Part shown: positions 53,139 through 64,000 of the stretch, piece after piece
Layout of the letters: the number at the start of each line of letters is the position of its first letter
Numbering within the stretch: the first letter of the stretch is position 1
Source of the DNA: Octopus sinensis
Lineage: Eukaryota
Direction: 5' to 3'
Assembly: GCF_006345805.1 (NCBI RefSeq)
Contig: NC_043002.1
Location: forward strand, 66,092,001 to 66,156,000
DNA: 64,000 bases
Notes under the pieces: generated by a model
Databases searched by the model: none
Seen by the model: the letters and a program-made list of their open reading frames with translations, nothing else
Told to the model about the DNA's origin: nothing
Position numbers and translations under genes: made by a program

Positions 53139-55498
53139 CAGAGTGTTGCGCCGTTAATCGGAAAGTTAAATTCGTTAATTTGTTTACCAAAAAGTTAACT
53201 TCGTTAATCGTTAATCCGTTAATTCTTTGAAAATGCAACAGAAGTTAACGTTAATCCGTCAACATTAACGTTTATTGAAAAATGACATAACTACAGTTTA
53301 ATACTCCACCCATTTTGTTGCCTCATAATTTCCAGAAAATGGATACTTTTTAACGAAACTTTCACCAAATAATCGCTTATATCCTCTAGATTGAGTGTAT
53401 GTAAAGATTTGTTGAGAAAATATTTTCGAGGAGTTGGGGAGGAGTTTCGGGAAATTCACAGAACCCGACATTTTCCACCTCACAACTTTCTGGAAAATAG
53501 GTAATTTTAAATGAAATTTTATACAAATACCTTTCAAACGGTGTAGATTACGATTACAAAGAAATTTGTAGGCAAAATTTTTGGAAGGAGGCAAGGAAAA
53601 GCAGTTTCTGGAAAACGGAGTTTCAGATCAGACGACCCACATAAGTTGGAAGTTCTCCATTTTGACGGGGATTTTTCCAATGTTTTTCACCAAAGTCTTC
53701 AGAATGATAGGAGGCATTTTTTTACGAAAAAAAGAAAAAAATTTGAAAAATTTTTTTATCACTCCCCCGATCCCCTCACCACCCCAGTCCGAAACGATTT
53801 TGGCCATTTTTTTCCACTACGCACTTAAAGCCAATGAGAGAAACATTTTCGGTTTTGAAAAAATTGTTAATAATTTCAGTGGAAAATGTGTGACTTAAGG
53901 GAGATCTGGCTGTTGTTTCTAGCACATCTCCAAACCTCCCTCCTTGTTTCTTTCTCATATATCTAATGATATTTTTCAATATTTTTCTCCCCATAAACAA
54001 ATTTTATGGAATGATGATGTCAAAGTAACGCACGTGTAGTCCCAACCGAGCGAGGCCATGTTATGTGTGTGTGTGTAAGAAAACAAAAAGCACCTAAAAA
54101 CATCTTTAGTGTTCATATTAATCTGTCAAATGTAATGCTTATTTGTTCACGTCATTTTGAATTATTCAGGTTCAAGAGGGACGTTCACAATATTTGCTTG
54201 TAACTTTGTAAATTTTTTTACATACAGATTTGAAGTTTTGTCAGTGGATGCTTTGTATACCACTGGTTTATAGTTATATAATTTTAACTTATCTTGCTGA
54301 GTAAATTTGACTGGCAGGTAAATTTAATTAACAGGTGTAAAAGCAACAACATTATGGAGAAACACTAAAATTGAAATTCTTAATGCATCTTACCTGTTTG
54401 ATTTTATACTAAAATTTCCCCAGATGACAACCGACAAAAACTTAGCCACTTTTAAAAATGAACTACATTAATTTAAATTAATTAAAATACAGGTATAATC
54501 AGTACAAGATTTTATTCTTTCGGTAAATATTTCTTATCTCGGCGTGGAACAATTCTTTTCTAGTTTTGTTTTTTGGGTGCATTCAACGTATCTGACCTCC
54601 AAACCCGCCACGAGCCACTTTTTTCCAGAAAAGAAAGATGGGAAGGGTGGTGGGGACCTCGAATTTTCCACCAAGGGAATTTTGTTTCGAGTGATTTGTT
54701 TCTTTTCCAGGTTATTTTGCATGCTTTCAACGAAGGTGACATTGAAATCACGCGTAAACGGCTCCTTTTTCCAGAAAAGGAAAGATTTGGCTGCTATTCC
54801 TAGCATGCCCTGCTACCACGTAACAGCTATTTGCGTTCACACCGAAATATTTACCAACTTTTTTCCTTCCGTTTATTTATGGAAATCAATATTTTCTCTG
54901 TTGACATCCACCTCAGCGAGGTCACTGAACATGTGGAAACACATCAAACACTGTTCCCTCTTGACAGGACAAAGGAATTTTCCGTTGTCTTTACAAGCAA
55001 TAAGCGGGTGGGTTTGGTTTCAAATCCAGGCAGGGCCAAACGAGGTCCTACAAGTTATCTATAATAATAAGTGGTGTTATATCGGGTTTGAAAGAATAAC
55101 GCGTACAATATTGAATCTGCTAAGACACTAGCGTAGCAAGGGGTAGGGCGGTCCGCCCCGGGCGGCACTTTTAAAGGGGTGGCACTCTGGGTCTGCTGTA
55201 GGCAATATGTTTTTTTGTAGGGTCCGGGGGCGGCAAATGCAAGTTCTGCCCCGAGTGGCATACACTCTAGCTACGCTAGTGTGCTAAGACAATCTAAAAA
55301 CAATAGAAACTTTTAAACGTTTACCGGTTTGTATGAAATTTTGGGGTTAATGGACTTGAGTGAACGGAAGCTAAATGTAACGGAAGTTAATTTGTCCGAT
55401 GATGATTTTCAAAGTTAACTTAAAAGTTAAATCGTAAATGAAAATGTTAACTTCGCTAATTAACGATTAACAGATTAACGGACTCACGCCCAGCTCTG
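53139..55498. mobile_element. 2.36-kb non-autonomous hAT element splitting a SINE A copy
   Basis: Termini CAGAG / CTCTG; perfect 8-bp TSD ggtattgg (53131-53138, 55499-55506); subterminal GTTAA/TTAAC repeats at both ends; the SINE resumes at 55507. Confidence 0.85.
55126..55281. mobile_element. MITE with 8-bp TSD (hAT- or P-like) nested in the 2.36-kb element
   Basis: Perfect TIR CACTAGCGTAGC / GCTACGCTAGTG; perfect TSD tgctaaga. Confidence 0.9.
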
Positions 55499-56683
55499 GG
55501 TATTGGTGTGTTAAGTCTCCGTAACTTAGCGGTGCGGTAAAAATAACCAATAAAATAAATACCAGGCTTTAAAAAAATGAGTACTGGAATCGATTCATTC
55601 GACTAAAAGTACTTGAAGGCGATGTACTAGCATGGCCACAGTTGAATGACTGAAACAACTATGAGTATTAAAGAGGTCTTTCATCTGCCACATCTTTCGT
55701 CTCCTGATCGTTTTGTTCTCTGGAGCCCTCTAGCTCTCACTTCAATGTCACAAACAACTTCTTTATGTATGGACTTTCTCCTTAATCGTTTTCAATATAA
55801 CAAGCAAAGTTCCCTCCTTCATTGTAATGGTCATTTTTTTTCTCTCTCTACCAAATTAGAATTTTTGTCTTTAATGGGTTTATTTCTCGATTTTAGGTTT
55901 TGCTTCTCGTTTTGAACATCTTACTAATTCTTTGACAGAATAAGTCATGAGAACTAGGTCACCTTCGTGCATAGGTTCTCACTGTCAACCGGTCTTATAC
56001 TCACGTATTATGACCAGGAGAACTATTGTAACTAGGCTGAGAAACGAATTCTGGTGGACACTTAAAACCAGCACGTTAATTCTTCACTGAACTCGTTGCT
56101 TTCACATTGCTGACGATATCTCTGTTCAAGGCTTACACGGCTCTTAGTAGTCATTCTTCTACAGTTTAGCAAACACCTGACTACTTAGCGTGGTATCCTG
56201 TCAAAGGTCTTCTCTAGACCAATGAATGTTAGGCTTAGTGGTTTGCTCTTTTCTAAGAACTTCTACAGCTCTCTCACAAGCGAGATAAAGAAAAGATAGC
56301 CTTCCGTTCTCGTACATATCAATCCTGACTTCAGCTCAATGAAGGCGCGTGACTAAGTGGTTAGGATATTCAGTTCAAGATCGCAAAGTCGTGAGTTCGA
56401 TACCTGGCGGTTCGTTGTGACCTTGAGCAAGACACTTTATTTCATGTTGCTCCAGTTAACTCAGCTGGCAAAAATGAGTTGTACCTGTATTTCAAGGGGC
56501 CAGCCTTATCACACTCTGTGTCACAATGAATCCCCTTGAGAACTATGTTAGGGGTTCGCTTATTTGTGGGGTGCTTAGCCACTTGCCTGTTAATTTTATG
56601 AACAGGCCGTTCTGTTGATCGAATCAATTGAAACTCTTGTAGTGCCCTCTCAGTTAATTGGGTGAAAAAATAAAAGGGGTGTG

Positions 56684-57059
56684 TGTGACTTGGATGACCT
56701 TCCGTGGAGTGTTCTGGAACATTCCATGAATTTCCGGATGACGTGGAGGTGAGGGACTTCTGCTCCACGTATTATAAAGGGAAGAAGCGAAAGTTAATCT
56801 CCCCTTTTTGCATTTAAGCTTTGGATCAGAAGCATTGAGCGTATGCAGATTGTTCTTACAACTGTCCTCCGGTTATAAGATGTATCGTTTTTATTTCAAT
56901 GTATTCTGGTATGCTATGTCGCATACATAACACTGAGAAACTGTTATCTGTAAAGTTGCAGCACTCACCACAATGAATAAAACTCGTTGACCGAAGCTTT
57001 ATATTGTAAAGGACCGTGCAATGTGAGGTGCAAGAATGGCTCTTTCGTACCACATCACA
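56684..57059 (+). mobile_element. Possible short LTR
   Basis: TGTGA...TCACA ends, TATAAA at ~56774, AATAAA at ~56976, purine run aaaagggg just upstream; no TSD. Confidence 0.4.
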
Positions 57060-57640
57060 CGGCCGATACAATAAATATAAAATAGATAGAGTTATTTATT
57101 TGCCAGATGGAAATAGAGAAACACAACCGCGTGTAGTGATTAAGAAAAGATTTATTGATATGTTAACAAGTGTGTCTGCGTGTACGTCATGTATACAGAA
57201 TAATGGATAGGCCGTCATGACAACAAAGTGTATGTGCGTAGATGTATTCGCGTGTGTTAAGAACATATAAGGTTGGTAATGAAGAAGGCGACAGTGAAAG
57301 AGTCTATAGCCATCGAAGTTAGAAGTAAGTTCACAGACACAAGAAAGATGAACATACCAGTTCGTAGTCATTCGTACACGGTGGCTGAAATACTGTATCA
57401 GGAAGTCGCGGCCATGATGTTGAGCTGGTTACGCATACATAATGTATGTGAAGTCATGGCTGTGATGCTGCTGCCTGGATTACTTGATACAGGAGTTCAC
57501 ACATGTTGTATATTCTTTTCTGCTCTATGCACAAGGCCCGAAATTTTGGGGGAGGAGGCCAGTCGATTTATCGACCCCGAAAGGATGAAAAGCAAAGTCG
57601 ACCTCGGCGGAATACAGGTTGTATATTCTGGTTATGTCTT

Positions 57641-57892
57641 TGTGGTCAGTGGCTAGACCTTAAAAGAACCAAAGACTTCGAGACGAGAAGCTGGGTTTTT
57701 ATAAGGAACTGTAAGCTCAAAACAGGTAGAGAACAGGCTGTCCCACGTGATTGTATTTAGGGACTCCAACTGGTTATACGCGGCAAATTGACGCAATCGA
57801 GTAAGAGACAAATTGCTCCAATACCAACCAATCAGAGTAGTGGACATAACGGGATCCAAATAGCGGCCAAAGGCTAGCTGTTCCCTGTAACG
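57641..57892 (-). repeat. Unclassified ~250-bp dispersed repeat, copy 2
   Basis: Inverse copy of 7985-8236. Confidence 0.7.
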
Positions 57893-59246
57893 TTCGAATC
57901 ACAGTAAAAAAAAAAAATTATAGGGTACACTGTGAGCCAAGTAATTATTTTTCATATAGGATTTTGTTCTTTAAAAAAAGGGTTTTAATCCAATGTAGTG
58001 CAAGGAACTACAATGTAGGAAAAGAAGGGAGCCTACAACTTCAAAAGATGTCGATTGACAGAAAGCTTAAAGGGCCGAATATTATTGATTGAAGGAAAAT
58101 AAGACAATAGCATAAGTTCAGGAAAGCAGCAGTTGGAGGGAAGAACTATAGAGAGAATGATGGTAAAGGGTGACCACTTTAGAGAAAGTGTTCATAGAGA
58201 GGTCCTGTGAGATTTTGAAAAAATATCAGAAGGCATTTTTATACAAAATATTTTAATTTATTAAAGGATAACGAGAGCTGACAGGTAATATGAGCGTAGC
58301 CAGTGTATGTGCATAGGTCAGAGAAACATTTGAAAAATAGATTCAGTTGGATGTCGTTATAAGCTAACAGAAACGGAGCTAGTGTAAACGAGATATATTG
58401 CTCGTGATATGGCTAGAGTTATGGACTGGTGTGTTTCAGCAGAGCGAAGTTGGCGTAAATGAAATACACTGTTTATGATATGGCCAGAGTTGAGGGATGA
58501 TATAATTCAGAGCTAGCGGCTTGAAGTTGATGTGAAAAACAAAGGAGCTTAACACTTCGGGGGCAGAGAACAGCTTTTGGTATTAATACGCGCCCAGCCC
58601 TGATTGGCTGGAGTTGCCATAGCACAGCTGTGCTACAAACGCAATAACAAAAATAGCTTCTTGACTCGCTACAAAGCTATTAGAATAAAAGAACTTTGGA
58701 CTGAAAGAAAGCTCAACAGAGAAATGGTGTGGTATCAAGTTTAAAGACTTTAATAGAAGATAATAAACTAGAAAGTTCATCAGTCCAACGACCATGATTC
58801 TGAGAAGAGTTTTCATAGTGCAGTGCCATTCTCCAAATGGTGTAACAGTAAATGCAGGAGGCCAACAGTAAATTGGTGGATTTGTTTGGAGTGTGTGAAT
58901 TTCTAGAGTGCTTGCCTTTCAGGCAATATTGTAGTTTTTACATTTCTGCACACATAATATCTACAAACATATGTGGAAAACAATTTACATATGGGAAAAC
59001 AATTTACTTACTAACAAAAGCGTCAGCTGTTTCCTTGACTTTGCATTTTTAAACTATTCCTCTCTATTTTTTCTTTCTTTTCTTTCTGACATTTCTTGAT
59101 TTCTTAGTTTCCTTCTTTACTTCTTTCCTTCTTTACTTCTTTCACTTTCTCTTTTTTTTCCTTTCCTACACACACACACACACACACGCATACGCACACA
59201 CACACACGCATACGCACACACACACACACTTACAGAAGCTTTGAAT

Positions 59247-59410
59247 TATCATCATCATCATCATCATTATCATCATCATTTTCTTCATCGTCGTTATCAT
59301 CGTCGTCGTCATCATCATCATCATCATCATCACCATCATCATCATGATCATCATCGTCGTCATCATCATTGCCATCATCCTCATTGTCGTCATCATCATC
59401 ATCATCATCA
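59247..59410. repeat. (CAT)n microsatellite (others at 33760-33905 and 60845-60903)
   Basis: Direct reading. Confidence 0.95.
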
Positions 59411-60047
59411 CTAGGAGTCAGACTAGCAGAAGTGCTAGAGCGTTCATTGGACAAAATGCAGTGCTGCATTTGTTGTGGCATTTGTCGTGCCTAAGTTCAA
59501 ATCCCACCAAGGTTAACATTGCCTTTCGTCTCCCCAGGGTCAATGAAATTAAATACCAGTCTTATACTAGGGTAGATGCTATTGACTAAGACACCCACCA
59601 CCACCTACAAAATTACTGGCCCAGTGCCTAAATGCGAAACATGGTAGATAAGAGTGTTGATGTTCTTGTATGACTTTCAGGTTGGAGACAATGGGCCTTT
59701 CATTTAGACTGCGGCCATGCTGGATCACCATCTTGAAGAACTTTAGTCAAATGAATCAACCTCGGTACTTTTTTTCAAAAGCCTGGTACTTATTCTATCA
59801 CTCTCTTTTGCTGAACTGCTAAGTTATGGGGACACAAACCCACCAGCACCAGTTTTCATGTGGTGGTGGGAGACAAACAAACACAGTCATGGCAATGTGC
59901 TGTGCTTGAGAGGACCCGTCAAGCCAAGTGCACCCATACTGGTGGCATGTAAAGATCAACTTTAGAATGTTGGGCCTCATGGATAAAGGATTATCCAAAA
60001 TTCTGATTATCTCCTTTTTCTCAATATCTATAACACCACTTCAAACA

Positions 60048-60102
<55 letters not shown>

Positions 60103-60845
60103 GATAGTTTCCGTCTGCCATATCCTTTGGTTGGCGTGGGGCTATAGTAAAAGATACTTGCCCACGGTGCCACACACAGCAACTGAACCTGGAACCATGT
60201 GAATGGGAAGCAAACTTCCTTTCACAAAGCCACACATGCACCTATTCCTCCTGCATAATACAACACCCATGAAGGATTAGCTTCCTGTCCAGTAAGATTG
60301 ATTTCTCATCAACTGAATATTACAGGAACTAAAGTTGACTACAGGTCACTATGAAACCTAGAAATTTGGAAAAAAACTTATTTTCTGGTACTGAAAATTG
60401 TCAGCATAATCAGAAGTTTAATTCCTCTGTCCAGCATAAGATTTTATCTCTCATCAACAAAATACAAGAGTTGCCTAGACATTTGGAAATGACTCATTTT
60501 CCAGTGGGATAAACTTGACCAAGGCAGCATTTAAACTGGAAACTGAATTAGTGATGTCTATATGTTCTAAATTATTTTCTCTGGCATTTTTAACTTCCAG
60601 ACAAAAATCGACTTTGTCTGGATTTGATTAAGGAAGTTGAGGCCATTGAACAGGATACTGTAAAATCTCTTGTCTGGCTTATTAAATTCTTAACCGACTC
60701 CACCACCTCGAAAGAAGATAACATTATTGATCTGCAGAAGATTGAAATGGATCAATAAAATAGCAAATATAGATTTGTAGAATTGAATATTACTAGAATG
60801 GGATCAATTGGCATCAAGTGAATCACCACCAACACCACCACCACT

Positions 60846-60877
<32 letters not shown>

Positions 60878-61047
60878 TATCATTGTCATCATGATCATCA
60901 TCTTTTTAATGGCCACTTTTCCATGCTTGCATGGGTTGGATGGAATTTGTTGAGGCAGATGATCACATAACCCCTACCTATATAAGTATATATATATATA
61001 TATATATAATATATATATATTATATATATATATATATATTATATATA

Positions 61048-61153
<106 letters not shown>

Positions 61154-61351
61154 TCATCATCATCGTTTAACATCCGCTTTCCATGCTAAATGGGTTAGAC
61201 GATTTGACTGAGGACTGGTAAAACCAGATGGCTGCACCAGGCCCCAATCTGATCTGGCAGAGTTCTACAGCTGGATCCCCTCCTAATGCCAACCACTCGA
61301 AGAGTGACACACACACATGACACGCAAATTGTGAGCGTTCCATATTTTTTA

Positions 61352-61800
61352 GGCGCAGGGTGGCTGTGTGGTAAGTAGCTTTCTAACACACCAATGGATC
61401 CGGGTTCAGTCCCACTGCGTGGCATCTTGGGCAAGTGTCTTCTGCTATAGCCCCGGGCCGACCAATGCCTTGTGAGTGCCATTTGGTAGACGGAAACTAA
61501 AGAAGCCTGTCGTATATATATATATATATATATTATATAATATATATAATATATATATATATTATATTATAGATATATATAATTGTGTGGTTGTGTGTAT
61601 GTTTTTGTGTCTGTGTTTGTCCTCTAGCATTGTTGACAAACGATGCTGGTGTGTTACATCCCCGTCACTTAGTGGTTCGGGCAAAAGAGACCGATAGAAT
61701 AAGTACTGGCTACAAAGAATAAGTCCGGGGTCGAGTTGCTCGATTAAAGGCGGTTGCTCCAGCATGGCCGCAGTCAAATGACTGAAACAAGTAAAAGAGT
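61352..61800 (+). mobile_element. SINE family A
   Basis: ggcgcagggtggctgtgtggtaag head through to the aaacaagtaaaagag tail. Confidence 0.9.
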
Positions 61801-61972
61801 ATATATATATATATATATTTGTGAAATAGAAGATGAATAATCTTGTTGCAGATTAATCAAAAGTTTAAAACCGATACCTTGGTAGCAAAAATCACAGCAG
61901 AAGACAGCACGGTTGGAGGTACAACCCTATGGTGTTGTTGCAACCGTGCGTTTGTGCGGATAATTGAATTTT

Positions 61973-63075
61973 TATATTATTAGTGAATTGAAGAAATGGA
62001 GTTGAACGAAGAATTGAACGAAATCGTTTTATTGCATTCTACACGTGTTTCGAAAGGCACAATTTACCAAATTCCGATTGAATAAGGAGACCATATTGTG
62101 TCTTTTCCTTCAGGAAGAAATAGGAAATCCATTGGAAAAAACAAAAACAGAACAGAGGCGGAGCAAAACAATCGAACGAGGCTCCTAAGAGCCCATGGCC
62201 AAACTGTTTATCAATGTATGTTGAAACGGGTGGTGGGTGCGTGAAGATTTTAACGGGTCAGGACGCGGTCATTCCGGTGGGTGAGAGCACGGGGTGCTTA
62301 GATGTTCTTTGTGACCGGACTAAAGTTCTGACTATTTAAAGAATATTAGGTGTATTATATGGGGCGAGACAAAATCTACTTAGAAAACATGTGTGTGTGT
62401 ACTGTTCTATATGTGCGGCCGCAAATTGGTAAGAAGCGCTACACTCTGGTCACTGCTGAGAAATCCGTCAGGGTAGAAAGTAGGGGTAGAAGTATGTATT
62501 TATGTGTTCGTATGTGTGTTTGATCACGCGGCCGTCAGTTGGTAAACAGCCCTACACAATGGTCACTGCTGTAAAATCAGTCGGGTGGCAGAAAAATAAT
62601 AATAATTAAGTGTAGCGCTTCTTACCAACTTGCGGCCGCACATATAGAACAGTACACACACACATGTTTCTAAGTAGATTTTGTCTCGCCCCATATAATA
62701 CACCTAATATTCTTTAAATAGTCAGAACTTTAGTCTCGGTCACAAAGAACATCTAAGCACCCCGTGCTCTCACCCACCGGAATGACCGCTGCCTGACCCG
62801 TTAAAATCTTCAACGCACCCACCACCCGTTTTCAACATACATTGATAAACAGTTTGGCCATGGGCTCTTAGGAGCCTCGTTCGATTTGTTTTGCTCCGCC
62901 TCTGTTCTGTTTTTGTTTTTTCCAATGGATTTCCTATTTCTTCCTGAAGAGAAAGACACAATATGGTCTCCTTATTCAATCGGAATTTGGTAAATTGTGC
63001 CTTTCGAAACACGTGTAGAATGCAATAAAACGATTTCTGTTCAATCTTCGTTCAACTCCATTTCTTCAATTCACT

Positions 63076-63084
<9 letters not shown>
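61973..63084. mobile_element. Penelope-like inverted pseudo-LTR pair (~475-bp arms, 163-bp spacer)
   Basis: 61973-62445 is a near-perfect reverse complement of 62609-63084; each arm ends outward with a hammerhead-like motif and AATAAA. Confidence 0.7.
62941..63020 (+). ncRNA. Minimal type-I hammerhead ribozyme-like motif
   Basis: ttc-CTGAAGA-G-aaagacacaat...attgtgccttt-C-GAAAC-acgt-GTA-gaa: core boxes, long stem II, palindromic stem-III loop, only ~3 bp of clean stem I. Confidence 0.55.
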
Positions 63085-63118
<34 letters not shown>

Positions 63119-63439
63119 ACATATTTATTTCAATTTCTGTCTGCCAAATCCACTCACAAAGCTCTGGTCGGCCAAGGCTATAGTAGAAGACACTTGGCCA
63201 AGGTGCCATGCAGTAGGGCTGAACCCAGAACCATGTGGCTGGGAAGCAAACTACTTACCAAATAGTAATCCTGCGTGTTCACCTTCTGTTGCATTTATGT
63301 TTGTCTCTGTACCTTGTTTGTTTGTTATTTCCCAGCAGCTTCTTGTCACTGATGCCATCACATCAGCACCAGCAACAACAATGACAACAACAGCAATGAC
63401 AACAACAACAACAACAACAGCAGCAGCAACAACATGATG

Positions 63440-63746
63440 AATGGAGCCTCTACTTGGTCACCCAATTATGGTCAAGTGCAGTGTCTTTGTAAGATCCTTG
63501 GTGTTTTTCTCTGTAGCCAAATCTCAAACAAGAAAATCCAAAGACAATGCCGGCAGCAGCCGACCATTGGAGACCAAATCTGGCAGTGCAGGCTACAGTA
63601 GTTTGGCTGTAATCTGCAGGATGAGCACTGGAAGGCTACCACACCAACATCTGTGTTGGCAGCAACCAGTGCACAGGAGAATCCGGAGCAGAGCACCAAA
63701 GAATATATGGGTGAAACAAACTAAGGATGACCCGAGGAAACAGTAG
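63440..63746 (+). mobile_element. Old RTE-like LINE C-terminal fragment
   Basis: ICRMSTGRLPHQHLCWQQP..RRIRSRAPKNIWVKQTKDD resembles GHv.RM...RlP..ll.w.p...R.rGrP...W...v..D. Confidence 0.6.
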
Positions 63747-63753
63747 CCAAGTA

Positions 63754-64000
63754 GGCGCAGGAGTGGCTGTGTGGTAAGAAGCTTGCTTCTTAACCACATG
63801 GCTCCAGGTTCAGTCCCACTGCATGGCACCTTGAGCAAAGAGTCTTCTACTATAGCTTCAGGCCAACCAAAGCCTTGTGAGTGGATTTGGTAGATGGAAA
63901 CTGAAAGAAGCACATCGTATATATATATATATATATATTCATACATATATATATATGTATGTATGTGTGTGTGTGTTTGGCACCCACCCCCCTCACCATC
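63754..64000 (+). mobile_element. SINE family A, truncated by the window end
   Basis: ggcgcaggagtggctgtgtggtaag head. Confidence 0.9.

Noticed and set aside
54544-55131. 195-aa ORF as a transposase of the hAT element
   Set aside because: No BED finger, DDE or hAT dimerisation motifs; Phe/Ser-rich composition typical of non-coding frames.
55920-56330. Possible CR1-type RT remnants (FDRISHE...ADD) here and on the minus strand at 58600-58900
   Set aside because: Too degenerate to support without an alignment.
61895-61955. Hairpin gcacggttg/caaccgtgc after cagaaga as another hammerhead
   Set aside because: The core reads CAGAAGA and the GAAA box is absent.

Overview
AT-rich, microsatellite-saturated animal DNA. 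The SINE/RTE repertoire and the TTAGGG-type repeat point to an octopus or other coleoid cephalopod; this is an inference from repeat style and was not verified by search. No complete host protein-coding gene, rRNA, true tRNA or CRISPR array is recognisable, and most ORFs in the supplied track are artefacts of simple repeats. The window is a mosaic of at least four tRNA-derived SINE families, RTE LINEs (one 3.3-kb copy with a PHD-type finger inside the RT), a near full-length DD36E Tc1 transposase pseudogene, pogo/mariner/hAT/piggyBac MITEs (often nested), a compound Helitron and a probable solo LTR. The most unusual signals are: (1) a GGATC-terminated DNA-transposon family with 7-bp TSDs, one copy being a 280-bp-arm foldback around telomeric repeats; (2) Penelope-like inverted repeats carrying minimal hammerhead-ribozyme motifs; (3) a CpG-depleted domain of about 34 kb (14.4-48.7 kb) containing small splice-flanked exon candidates, suggesting a hidden methylated transcription unit.
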